Positions 51,746 through 64,000 of a stretch of DNA of 64,000 nucleotides are shown here, piece after piece. Below the pieces are notes generated by a model that was not told where the DNA came from, did no database searches, and saw only the letters and a list, made by a program, of their open reading frames with translations. Position 1 is the stretch's first letter. Each line of letters begins with the position of its first letter. Origin of the DNA: Heterodontus francisci (Eukaryota); assembly GCF_036365525.1 (NCBI RefSeq), contig NC_090377.1:100247141-100311140 (forward strand), written 5' to 3'. The translations under genes and the position numbers were made by a program.

Positions 51746-52339
51746 TCCAATAATGCGCTCTGTTAAATCCGATTATAAAGTCATGATAAGTAATGAACTT
51801 GACTAATACTGAACTTGAGTAATAATAATATCGTGAATAGTAAAGAGGTGCACTGCAATCATTTAATTTGCATAAGCTATTGTCCTATCTCCAGTTTAAT
51901 TCATATGCACAGTCTTTGATTTGCTCCCACTGTGGCCTAATCAATATATTATGGGGAATGACAATGGCAGTGAGCAACTAGTCATGGAAGCATTTCTCAT
52001 ATTCCATCCTGGGCGGTCTCTTGATCCAGGCAGATCATGGCTTTGTAGGAAGCAAATCTGGCAAAAAAATTTACTCAAATAACAACAACTTAACTGACAA
52101 CATGCGGCCAGGAATGTGGAATTCCTTGACCAGCACAGGGTTAGAATATAATCAACACCCTTATACAAGAATCAGTAAATGAAAAGGATGCTGATCACCA
52201 TTAGGTCAATAGAGGCACTGGATGACTGAAACAATAACTGTTGCCAAACTGAGCACCCTGCTGTATTCCTGAGTTATAATGCCAGGTTAATGCATATATC
52301 ATGGTGATTATTTAATTAATGAATCACACTCAAGAATCA

Positions 52340-54212
52340 CGTATGGCAGGCCAGATTGTGTTTTTGGACTGCAGTATGTGGGAGTTTGTGGGCCGCAAGT
52401 CTGTCCCGAGCAAACACATCTGCAGTGTATGTGTCTGTCTCAGATCTTTCCAGCTTGGAGTGATTGAGCTGGAATGCAAATTGAAGACACTCCACCATAT
52501 GTGGAGGGGAGGAGTATCTGTACTGTTTGCTGCGTACTTCAGTCACCTCTTAGAGAGGTGCAGGTTCAGAATTGGGTTAGTGTGACCGATAGTAAGGGGA
52601 ACCCAGGTGAGAGATACAGAATGAAGATCTACAGAAACTGATACTATCCAAGAGACACATGTGCTTTCTGCCTGTGAGAATAAAGATAAAGACTGTTGGA
52701 AAGGCTGTCAGAATGATGACCATGGTAGCTTGGAACAGGAGGCTGTCCAAAGTGAGGAGTAGGGGGTAGCGTAATGTGGTAGTTGTAAAGGTGTCAATAA
52801 TTAGAAAGACAGATAGCATCCTTTGTAAGCGGGATCGAGAGTGCAACATTATGTTTACCTAACTGATGCCTGGGTGAGTGCCATCTCGAACCGACTTGAA
52901 AAGATATTGAAGAAGAAGGGGACTGATCTAATTGTTGTGGCCCATGTTAAGACCAACAACATAGGAAACATTATGCAAGAGGTCAGAGAATACCAGGATC
53001 TAGGAGCTAAATTTAAAAAAAACAGCACCTCAAGTGTTGTAAACTCTGGATTATTACCCGAGCCACATGTAAATTGGCATCGGTAAACAGATTAAGAAGA
53101 TGAATATGTGGCTGGAATGTTTTGGAGAAGAGGGATCCCAAATCACAGGACATTGGCACCAGTACTGGGACAGGAAGGAACTGTACCACTGGAACAGGAT
53201 GCACCTGAACTGGGCTGGGACCAGGGTCTGAGTAGAAAGGATAAATAGGGAGGTCACAAGGACTTTAAACTTGTGACTGATTGGGGGAGGGCTCAGATGG
53301 AAAAGGTACTAAAAAATAGTTGTAAACAAACAAAAAGGAAGAGCGTAGGATAACAGTCAGAAATTGTGCTTGAGGCACTACAGGTAAAGGGAAAAGTAAA
53401 AGATGTAATTAAATCAGAAGAAATGTGTGAGAAAAGTAACATTAGAGCTGAAAGACAGGTTAGGGTATATGGCCCAAATAAGGGTTCTTTGTACAAATGC
53501 ACAGAGTATCAGGAACAAGTTGAATGAATTGCAGACACAAATTCAACTTGGAGAATATTGCATGGTAGTTATTACTAAGACATAGCTGCCCAGGACGGTC
53601 AAGAGTGGGAACTAAATATACCAGGTTGTAAAGTCTACAGAAAAGGTTGGAAAATGGTAGAGGGAGGACTAACCTCAGTGATTAATGATGAAATCACTTC
53701 AATGATAAGAGAGGATATAACAAGAGGTAAGCAGCCAGTGGAGACTTTATAGATAGAATTAAGAAATAAAAACCATTTAAGAGTGTCGTGGGAGTTATGT
53801 TTAGGCTCTGTGGTAGCAGGCGTGAAGTGATAGATTGTATAAATCCAGAGATTAGCCAAGCATGTAACAAAAGCAGAGTGATTTCAATGAGGGATTTTAA
53901 CTTTCATGTTGATTGAGATAAGCAGATTCGTACATGTCAGAAAGGCAGTGCATTTCTTGACTGTGATCAGGATAGTTTTCTGCAAAAATATGTCCTACGT
54001 CCAACAAGGGGGCATGCCATATCAGATTTAGTCAAAAGTATTGAACCGGATTAGTGCATTAATATTTATTTAGTAGTGATCATAATATGATTGAGTTCAA
54101 ACTAGTGTTTAAAGGGAGAAATCTGAAACAGCTACATAATTCTAAATTTAGGCAAGGCTGACTTCAATGCGATTAGACAGAGACTGTCCATAATAAACTG
54201 GGCAAATCTGTT
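52340..54212 (+). mobile_element. CR1 LINE 5' part: ORF1 (zinc finger/coiled coil plus SGNH esterase) and ORF2 endonuclease, decayed
   Basis: MAGQ..CSMWEF..HICSVC..ELE..L; esterase-like VVAHVKTNNIG, SGLLP and HLN; ORF2 start NAQSIRNKLNEL, with DFN and SSDH. Confidence 0.85.
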
Positions 54213-56660
54213 AATGGATAATTTGCCCCTTCTATGGAGGCCTAGTGGTGTTTTACAGGCTGCACTGCACCACTAGCCACTTCCTGTGCAGCATTCCATC
54301 AGGAAGCGGGTGCCCACATGGGCATTTCCAGTGGGTACTGGAAGTTTGTGAATCAACGCAATCCTGACATCAGACAACCCACCAGGATACAAATTTGGAT
54401 TATGCAGGTCAAGGCAATGAATTCATACATCACGTACCAAAGATCAGGCATCCTGTTGCCAGATGGACCATGAACCAGGGCTATTTAAAGAGACATTCAA
54501 CAAGTTGCAGGTGAGATGCTTATGACTAGCTTTATCTTAGATTAAGTTTGTGGAAGCACTGTGCTGGGCTTTTGGTTGTTTGCAGTTGTTTTTTTGGCAG
54601 TTGGTGGTTACAGTCAGGGAGAACAGATGCACACTTGACCCAGGTATGGGAGCAGTTGTTGCAGAGGATGCAGAGAGGGGAAGCTCTACGAGGAGCGTGG
54701 AGTAGGAGAGCTCTCCACAGAAGGCTCTAATCACTAAGGGTTTTCAGACAGCTGGTATCCTACCTTTATCTAAGGAGCAGTGCCTGTGCCACCTCCTGTA
54801 ATCCAACCTAAAATGTCACACCAGGGCAAGGCCAACCCTGCCAGTGCCCATCAAGGTCACCGTTGCGCTCAACGTTTATGCCTCCAGTTCCTTCCAGCTG
54901 GAACCGGAGGCACTGCAAACATTTCTCAGTATATATTCCTTTGCAGCATTTGGGAGACGATGGAGGCCATATATGGCAATCATCTTCTCGCTCTGAAGGG
55001 ACAAACAGGTTGAGAGACCACATGGCTTTGCCAGGATAGCGGAATTCCCAATGGTAGAGGCACAATTGACTGCACCCATGAGGCTGTGCGGAAGAGCTAC
55101 AGGAAACACATGGGGTTCCATTAAATAGCAGTTGGTGTGCGACTACACCAAGATCTTAATCTCAATGAATGCTTATTGTCATGGCAGCAGCCACTATGCA
55201 TTTATTCTGTGCCAGTTGGCCCTCCCTTCATCCCTAATTCGCCTCTCCTAGAAGAACAGGAGGCTGACAGCTTGGGGATAAGAGTTACTTCCTTTGTACA
55301 TATCTGATCATCCCCTTCCATTATCCCACAATGTGAACGAAATAGGCCTTCAATGAGAGCCACGGAGCCACTTGCAACATCGTGAAGCAGTCAATCATCT
55401 CCTGAAACAGCAGTTCCATTGCCTTCACAGCTCGGGTAGAGCACCGCAGTACAGTTCAGAGAGGGCCTCCAAGTTGCTGGTAGTCTCTGCGTCCTCCACA
55501 ACCTCGCCATTATGAGGGCACAGCCATTACCTCCAGGGATCTGGAGTCTAACTCAGGAAGAGGAGGAATAGGAGCAGATTGGGAGGAGGCATACAGGTCA
55601 CCTTGAAACTGGATGGGCTGTCAGAGAGTGCATTATGAGGCTCTTCTCCCACTGAGTCAACTTCCACAGACCAATGTGGGCCCACCATTCCCCACCATAA
55701 CATCCATTTTAGAGGCTCATCACAGCATTCCCTGGGCCACCATCCAACAATCAAATCCACCAACAAAGACCTTCACGTAACACCTTTATCCAACAACACA
55801 TCCAATTATTCAAACAAAAAATGACAGTGACATAAGGCTATCTGTCAGTGCACTCAACATCTCTGTGTGCATCGTCATAAGTGTTCTCCTGTCGGCCACC
55901 CCATCTAAGTCCTCATCTGAGATCCCTGTAGCAAAACTTACCTGCAACCTCACCCTCTGGGGAGCTATCACATGGGCTACCCTTTCTGCTGACCTAGTTG
56001 CAGCCCACTCGTGCCCAGTTACTCACCACGTGCTGATCTCAACATTATGCTAGCCTCCAAGGTATCCCCAGTGACAGTATCTGTGATGGTGGCTGGGAGT
56101 GTCCGATCAAGTAACTGTGCCTCCTCATCACTGTCGGGGGATTTGTCTTTCTCTTCCTCCTGGCTGCATTGGGGCTGTCCAGGTGGCAGTTCTTGGGTAT
56201 CTGTAAGCATAAAAGCAGAAGGGGAAGGTTGGGTTGTGGGAGATAGATGGGGAGGAAAGCAGGAGGTCCATGGTTCCACCATCTACAGATTTTACTTCAC
56301 GCCACATCTCAGGATGAGGGTAATGAGAGAATTCAGAGAGGGCATAAGGCAGTAATTTCTCATCATCCTGATACTGGATGCCATGGGGTCTGTTGCTGCC
56401 AGCCCCAGGATTCAAAGCACCATCTCCTCGGTGGGGAGAGAGAGGACTCAGCGTGCTGTACCCCGGCTGGGTTTGCTCGGTCTTTCCTGTGTTGTAGGCA
56501 GCCTTCTCCTGCAAGAGAGGGGGCAGAGCGCCAGTGATGGTGTTGTATTGCATTTGGGTAATGTGCCTGTGTGGGTGAGGTGGAGTTGGTGAACGTTAAC
56601 GCTGAGTCCTGAGCGCTGGTGAGTGCTATTGGTTGAGTGAAGAGGGTGCACCACTGCCAG
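54213..56660. mobile_element. PIF/Harbinger transposon remnant within the CR1 (transposase on + ~54620-55520; Myb/SANT partner remnants on - ~56000-56515)
   Basis: LPVPIKVTVALNVYASSSFQ, GFARIAEFPMV, GFH, LVCD, AFNESHGATCNIVKQSI and LKQQFHCL. On the minus strand, QEKAAYN..SPTEEMVL. Confidence 0.8.
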
Positions 56661-56689
56661 CTTTTGGAATTCTTATAACTACACATTTA

Positions 56690-57585
56690 ATTTCCCAAAA
56701 CTAAAAGTGACCTCTAAAATATTAATATAAACCATGAACCTGGTGATCATAACAAGATAGAAGCATAACAATTACAAAGAAATATCAATGGATTAAGTGG
56801 CAAATGGATTTCAATGTGAGCAAATGTGAGGTCATCCACTTTGGACCTAAAAATGCAAGGTACCTTCTAAATGATGAAAAGCTACAAACAGTAGAGGCCC
56901 AACTAGACTTGGGGATCCATATCTATGAATCATTAAATCTCACGGATAGGTACAGGAAATAATCAAGAAGGTTAATGAAGTGCTGGCCTTTGTTTGTATA
57001 GGGATAGAATACAAGGGGATAAAAGTTATGTTGTAGTTATACAAAGCCCTGGTTAGATCACACCTAGAGTACTGTGAGCAGTTCTGGGCAGCACACCTTT
57101 GGAAGGATACATTGGCCTTGGATAAAGTACGGCTTTTCCTTTACCAGAATAACACCTTGACTCCGAGGGCTAAATTAAAAGGGGAGGTTACTCAAACTAG
57201 AGTTGCATTTCCTGGAATTTAGAAGATTAAGGATGTGATTTGAACAAAGTTTTCAAAATATTAAGGAAACCTGATAGGGTGGGTAAAGAGAAACTCTTTC
57301 CATGTTTTGAGCAGTCTAGAACTAGGGGACAAAGCCTAAAAATTAGAACCAGGAGTGAAGTTAGGAAACACTACTGCACACAAAGGTTGATAGAATTTTG
57401 GAACACTCTTCCCTATGTTGCAGGCAACCTTCTCTGAGATTGACAGATTTCTGTTCACCAATAGTATTAAGGGATATGGAGCAATGGTGGATATATGGAG
57501 TTAGGTCATAGATCAGCCATGATTTCATTGAATGGCGGAACAGGCTCAAAGGGCTAAATGGCCTACTGCTGTTCCTATGTTCCTA
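56690..57585 (+). mobile_element. CR1 LINE RT C-terminus and 3' tail
   Basis: WQMDFNVSKCEVIHFG, LVRSHLEYCEQFW, SRTRGQSLKI; tail GGCCTACTGCTGTTCCTATGTTCCTA. Confidence 0.85.
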
Positions 57586-57847
57586 AAAGAGACTTAAAAT
57601 GGATAGTAATTTTCATGAAAGTTGTCCATCCCACTTTTTCCTTTCAATAATGTTCCACCTTAAGCATTGTTTGGATTTCACTTTTATCTCACTTAATGGT
57701 ACCAACTTACTTTTTAAACGGTGGAGATTAATTAAGTAAAATTTATTGTATCTGCTCCTTACAGCCATTTGAATTTTGACCCAGTTAGGAACCAGGTCAC
57801 CGTTTGTCTCTTGTTCCTCATAGTACAAAACAGTCTATCAAAAACAA

Positions 57848-60800
57848 TTTTTCCAAAAAATATAGTTTATAAAATTTTGTAAAAAAATTACAAAATAATT
57901 CAAAATGGACATTTCAAAAGTGCAATAAAGATCATTTCCTTTTGATGCAGAACTACTCTTGCCATTCCATTTTATATACAATGTCCAATTGCCAAAAAGA
58001 TTCTCTAGTGCATACAGACTGAGAGGTTTTACATGGATTTCAGCCCCTCGGTATACTATGGCAGGAGGACCTTACATAGTGGCTTTTCTCATTGAGCCTT
58101 TGCAGCGGCTGCCCCAAGTTTAGTGCATCCCGCAGCATGTAGTCCTGGACCTTGGAATGTGCCAGTCCGCAACTCTTGGACAGCTCTTTGCACTGGAAGA
58201 CCAGCAAGTTTCGGGCAGACCAAAATGTGTCATTCACTGAGTTGATGGTCCTCCAGCAGCAGTTGATGTTTATCTTGGTGTGCGTCCCTGGGAGCAGCCC
58301 GTAGAGCACTGAGTCCTGTGTTACAGTGCTGCTTGGGATGAACCTCAACAAAAACCACTGCATCTCTTTCCAACCTGCTTTGCAAAGGCACATTCCAGAA
58401 GGAGATGGACGACATTCTCTTCCCCATCACAGCTGCCTTGAGGACAGCATGCGGTGGTGCTGAGACTCTTGGTGTGCACGAAGGATCTGACAGGGAGGGC
58501 CTTTCTCGCCACCAGCCAAGCTACGTCTTGGTGCTTGTTTGAAACTTCTGGCGATGAGGCATTCTGCCAAATGCGTTTGACAGTCTGCTTGAGGAACCAA
58601 CCGACAGGATTCAGCATCTCCTTTTACACTGCCTGTTGAACTTGTAGTCAAAGATGTTTTTCTGCACAAACCTTTCCACGAGGGGTAGGTGGTGCGGGAT
58701 GGTACAACTGAATGGAACGATCCACGGCAAAGTGGTGAGACCCATCTTTCGCAATACCAGGGACAGATAGAATCCCAGCACATAGTGACACTTGGTGTTT
58801 GCATACCGGGGGTACCAAAGGTGGCCATCAGGATGAAGGCAACATTGGGTATGTTTTTCCTCCTTTATCTAGAAGTTTGCACATCGTGTCCCTGGGGGCA
58901 CAGTCCATTTCCGATTTCTAGATAAAACGAAAGATAGCTTGGCTGATCGCCACAGCACAGGAATGGGGTGTGGGCCAGGCCAGCGCCTCCTACAGTAACA
59001 TCGTGAGTGCCTCGCACCTGATGGCTAGGTTCTTACCTGCAATGAAGAGGGAGCATCGTTCCCACATAACCAATTTCCAACTCACCATGGCTGTTCGCTC
59101 CTTCCAGTTTTTGGCGCACGCCCCAGCCCCTCCGAACCATATCCCCAACATCTTCAGGTGGTCTGACCTGACGGTAAAGGGGACAAAGGATCGGTCGGCC
59201 CAGTTCCCAAAGAACATGGTTTCATTCTTGCCGCGAGTTTCTTTGGCTCCCAAGGCCAGTTCGAACTGGTCACAGATGGTCATCAGCCTGCGAACAGACT
59301 GCGGATCCGAGCAGTAGACAGTGACGTTATCCATGTACAGGGAGGCTTTGACCTGAGTGCCTCCGCTGCCTGGGATTCTCACCTCTCTTATGCCTGTATC
59401 CTTCCTGATGGACTCAGCAAAGGGTTCAGTACAGCAAACAAATAAGGCAGAGAAGAGAGGACAGCCCTGCCTGACTCCAGATTTGATCAGAAAACTTTCC
59501 AATTCTCACCCATTGATTGAGACTGAACTACTGATGTTTGTATAGAGCAGTTGGATCCAATTGTGGATTCCCTCCCCAAACCGCATTTTGGAGAGCACGC
59601 CCATCATGTATCTGTGTGATATTCTGTCAAAGGCCTTCTTCTGGTCCAAGCTAATGAGGCAGGTGTCCACCCCCCTGTCCCATACATAGGCGATCGTATC
59701 TCTGAGTAGCGCGAGGCTATCAGAGATCTTCCTGTTGGGTACAATACATGTCTGATCAGAGTGAATCACCAACTCCACAGCAGACTTGACCCGATTGACA
59801 ATGACTTTGGACAGAATTTTGTCATCCACATTAAGCAGTGAAATGGGCCACCAATTTCTGATTTCCTCTCTCTTCCCCTTCTGCTTGTAGATGAGGGTGA
59901 TGATGCCTTTCCTCATAGATTCTGACAGGCTGCCGGCCAGAAGCATACTCTCATACACTTCCAGCATTCTGGGCCGATCCAGTCCCACAGAGACGAATAC
60001 AACTCGACTGGTAAGCCGTCACTTCCGGGAGTTTTACTCATCTCGAAGGACCTGACGGCCTTTGTCAGCTCAGCTCGTCCAGAGTTAACAGTTTGTCCAG
60101 ACTCTGCCCTGTACTGTCAGCTAAGAACTCTGAGATAGGGGATAGGCAGGACTGGGAGGCTGTGATGTCTGTGGTCTTCACATTGTATAGCCTGGCATAA
60201 AATGATTTGCTGATCCTTAGTATGTCAGACTACGATGATGTTACTGAGCCGTCTTCTCCTTTCAGGCTGCTGATCACAGAGTTCTCTCTGTGTACCTTTT
60301 GGAAGAAGCATGGGCACGTCTCATCCTGCTGAACGGAGCGGACTCTGGACTGGAAGATGATCTTGGAGGCCTCTGCAGCAAAGAGTGAGGCCTGCTGGCT
60401 CTTCAGCTCTTGGAGATCCTCCTTGACAACGACCCCCATCGACTGCAGCAGCAGCAGATTCTGCATGCTTTTCTGGAGTCGGGACATTTCTCTCTGTCTC
60501 TCAGCCTCTGAACACCTTTGAGGATGAAGAACCTGTTGCGGTTCACCTTGATCGCTTCCCACCAGTGAGTCAGGCACTCAAAAAAGTCTTTCACAATTTT
60601 CCCACCTTTGTAATTCCTTTTGAGTTCCTCAATGTTCTCTGGGGTCAACAATTTCACATTCAGCTTCCAAGATCCCCTGCCAACCATCTGATCTTCCTGT
60701 AAGTGACAGTTGGCCAGTAGGAGGCAGTGGTCAGAGAAGAACATTGGCTTGACATCAGTGGATCTGACCATGAATGCATGGGACACAAACAGGAAGTCAA

Positions 60801-62620
60801 TCCTAGAATGGCCAGACTGGTCTGGTCTTGATCAGATGTATCTACGCTGTGCTCCGTCTGCAGGGTTGCTGAAGACGTTGTGCAGCTTGGCATCTTTTAC
60901 TGTTTCCATCAGGGGTCTGGACATGGTGTCGATTTGACTGTCGGCGTGCAAATTTGTCCAGCTGCATCGATGATGCAGTTGAAGTCACCGCCTAGAATGA
61001 CCGGCCTGGACATTGCCAGCAGCGTTGGGAGCTGCTGGAGGGCGGTCAGCCGCTCGCTGTATTGAACCTGGCTGTACATGTTGATTACAGGAGCGGAGCA
61101 TTTTTGTGCATTACGCCTGCTGTAAGGAGACGACCATCCACCAGCTCCTTAACTTTGAAGATGGTGAAGTTGCCTCCACGCAGCAGAATACCCAGGCTAG
61201 AGGAACAGGAATCATTTCCCCCTGACCAAATGGAGGGCCCTTGGGACCCCAATCGCAACCATTGCCTGTAAGTGCTGAGGTGCGGTATTCCACACCCCTC
61301 CAGAAACAGTAGGTCGGCTTTGACCTTGGCAAGGTACCCCATGGTCGAAACACATCGTGTAGTAGACTCAATGCTGTGCACATTAATGGAAGCAATCTAT
61401 AAACCCATTAAAACTGAATGTTGCTTATCACACCAGATGTCGTTATTAGTCCCAGTCCTTGGGTATGTTCGCAAACTGTTTCACAGTTGTTGGGCTCAGT
61501 AAACTGTCCTGGTCACTCATGGGGGGTTTGTTCTGCTGCGGTGACATTGGGGCGGGGTGGGGGAGGTTCTCCTGCAGGCAGCAAGTTTTGGACTGTTCTC
61601 TGCTGGTGGAGTCTTTCCCCTTTGTTCCTTCTCGAGGACATTGCTGCTTCCGGTTTCCTGGAGCAGTGGTGCGCTGGGCTTCTCGCTGCACTCTGCACTT
61701 TGGAGTTAGGGTTCACTGGGCCCATCATTGCATCCAGTGTTTCGGAGCTGAGGGGACCATCTCGTTTGCGTTCTGCCACTTCTTTTGCTGGCGTCGTCTT
61801 TCCTGCCCTTTCTCATCCGATGAAGAGCAGCTGCTGTAGTTGGTCTCAGACATGAACCTCCTCTTGCCATTGGCTTAAGTGGTGGCCTGTTCCCTTTTTT
61901 GGGTCTTTTTCTTTGTGGTTTTCCTGTTAACCACTTGCCACTCACCCGGTTGTTGCTCTGCTGACTCCTGTTCCATTGATTCTGTCTGCTGAGGAGGAGG
62001 CTCCGGGCACAGGATCGGTGTTTGGCAGCTCGCTGCAGCTCCCTCTCCTTTCTTCTTCTTGTCTTCCTTCGACAAATTTTGCCTCGCTGGGGGGCTTGGT
62101 GGGGGGAGGGTTGCTGGTCTCCTCCGCAGCACCAGTCACATTCACCGTTCCTTCTTTCTGCCTCTTCTTTGGTTCTCGTTGCCTGTGCATAACTGAAGCA
62201 GTACTTGGGGCAGGTCTTGTAGAGGTGGCCTGCCCCACCACACAGATTGCAGCACTTAATCTGCTTGCAGTCCTTTGTCTGATGGCCTTCCTGCTTACAG
62301 TTCTTGAGGACAACTGTGCTGCAGTTGGCCACCACATGACCAGATTTGCAACAGGTAAAACAAACTCTGGACTGCCCCGCGTAGACCAAGTAGCTCCAAC
62401 TTCCTCCGAAAGTGAAGCTGGAGGGAGGGTGGAGGATGGCTCCATTGGCCACCTTCAAGGTCACCTTGATCTGCTGTTTGCTGGTTCAAATCCCGAATGG
62501 GTCCTTGACCTCAGTGCTGCTCCTGGTCATCTCGACGTGCCTGGCGAGGGAAGTCAACACATCTACAACAGGAATATGGGCATTGTAGAGGTGGATGGTC
62601 ACCACCCAGTTCTGTTGTGA
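57848..62620 (-). mobile_element. Tx1 (L1-clade) LINE, near full length, decayed
   Basis: ORF1 with three CCHC knuckles (CFTCCKSGH..C, CKQEGHQTKDC, CNLCGGAGHLYKTC). APE motifs ILGGDFNC and FSDHC. RT motifs NWWPISLLNVDDKILSK, LDQKKAFDRISH, GVRQGCPL and LYMDNV. C-terminal CPQGSCDGEENVVHLLLEC. AT-rich 3' UTR. Confidence 0.95.
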
Positions 62621-62647
62621 CAACAGCATCAAAAATATTTTCTTTAT

Positions 62648-62938
62648 GTTTTTCTAAAAATATACTTTGTTCATAAAAATCTGTAAATAAATACATTCCA
62701 AAACAGTTCCAATTTGACGTTCCAGAAAGTGCAAAATAAATCAGTTTCCTTTGATACAGAACGCAAGTTTCCTCACAACCCTTGTCATTCCATTTTACAT
62801 GCAATGTACAATTGCATCACACAGCAAAACCATATTTTGGTGCATACAGCCGGAGGGGTTTTACATGGGTTCCAGCACCGCGCCCCCGCCCCCACCCCCA
62901 CCCCGGTATGTTATGGCGGGAGGTACTTACACAATGGC
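62648..62938 (-). mobile_element. Tx1 3' UTR copy 2
   Basis: Colinear with 57848-58085. Confidence 0.85.
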
Positions 62939-62960
62939 AGTGAACAGCATCAAAAAAAAT

Positions 62961-63133
62961 GTTTTCCAAAAATATACTGTGTTCATAAAAATTTGCAAAA
63001 ATACATTACAAAACACTTCAAAACAGTTCGTATTTCACATTTCAGAAGTACAATAGAGATCAGATTTCCTCGACACAGAAAACATGAAGTGCCTCACAAT
63101 TCTTGCCATTCCATTTTAAATGCAATGTAAAAT
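62961..63133 (-). mobile_element. Tx1 3' UTR copy 3
   Basis: Colinear with 62648-62812. Confidence 0.85.
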
Positions 63134-63631
63134 TATAAGCAGTTCACACTCAGGTTAAAAAAATTGTGTTTTTGTTTTTGTTCCTATTTCCTGTTTCTAT
63201 TTAACGTGTAGCACAATAATATCATTATAGCTCATGACACAAACATTCCAACAGCAGAGAATGGCTTCAAAAACCTATTGAAGAAGATGAGTAAGCAGAT
63301 TCAATAGTTTTTCCTTGCCAGTATCATAGATGTGTCAGTGATTCAGTACAAATTAACACTCGGAGGAAACATAATGCTAATTCCTACCAGAGATGGAAAA
63401 TTCTCATTGGTTTTACTCTGCATCTGGCCTGTACTGCACGTGACCCCAAGCTTGCTGGTGACACAGGGTTGACACAGTGGAAAAAAATCCTTTCTCCAGC
63501 ACTGAAATCTATTTCCTTGAACACCAAAAATAACCAAATGATGCCAATTGATCTATGTTTTACCAGGCAACTGGCAGGGCTGACAGAAAAATAAAGAGCA
63601 GGTGGATTCCCACATGTAAAGGAAAGATCAC

Positions 63632-63791
63632 GTGCTGAATTTTATCACAAGGTAGGAAGTCCCGCCACCGGGACTAAAAGTGGGTCCCAAGCCTGTGCTG
63701 GTGGACGGCGGGATCGCGGGTGTGATTTTACCGGCGGCAGCCAATTAAGAGGCCGCCACCAGCACTGCCGTCCAATTGAGGATGGCGGCCT
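63632..63791. mobile_element. Harbinger-type/MITE terminal fragment
   Basis: Begins GTGCTGAATTTTA, the reverse complement of the terminus at 26392-26405. CpG-rich subterminal GCCAATTAAG motif. Confidence 0.55.
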
Positions 63792-64000
63792 GAACATAAC
63801 ATAGGAAATAGGAGTAGGAGTTGGCTATTTGTCCCCTTGAGCCTGCTCCACCATTCTATAAGATCATGGCTGATCTGATTGTAGCCTTAACTCCACTTTC
63901 CTGCCTGCCCCCAATACCCCCCGCCACTTGATAACCCTTGATTTCCTTGTAGATCAAAACTCTGTCCAACTCAGCCTTGAATATCGTCAATGACCCAACC
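63792..64000 (-). mobile_element. CR1 3' tail (continues beyond the window)
   Basis: GAACATAACATAGGAAATAGGAGTAGGAG..AAGATCATGGCTGATC. Confidence 0.85.

Overview
This is eukaryotic vertebrate DNA, most likely from a cartilaginous fish (shark), judged from the V-SINE/HE1-like and Deu-domain SINEs and the CR1, RTE, Tx1 and Harbinger repertoire. The window is almost entirely nested and decayed transposable elements plus a ~14.5 kb A/C-rich 20-bp satellite. No host protein-coding gene could be identified with confidence. The stand-out observation is a Gypsy/Ty3-type LTR element (22650-24708) in which gag and protease are followed by a captured Myc-family C-terminus instead of RT/RNaseH/integrase. 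The captured segment runs QQHNYAVP (Myc homology motif), a degenerate NLS, then bHLH-leucine zipper, and is followed by a polypurine tract and a 3' LTR. This gag-pro-myc layout recalls oncogene-transducing retroviruses. The element sits inside a MITE, which sits inside a Harbinger transposon. Other points of note: a CR1 with twin-priming-like 5' inversion inserted in the satellite, two short templated duplications at repair junctions, three stacked Tx1 3' ends sharing a flanking motif, two solo LTRs with clear 4-bp TSDs, and higher-order structure in the satellite. All family assignments come from reading motifs by eye; no database searches were run, and boundaries without TSDs are approximate.
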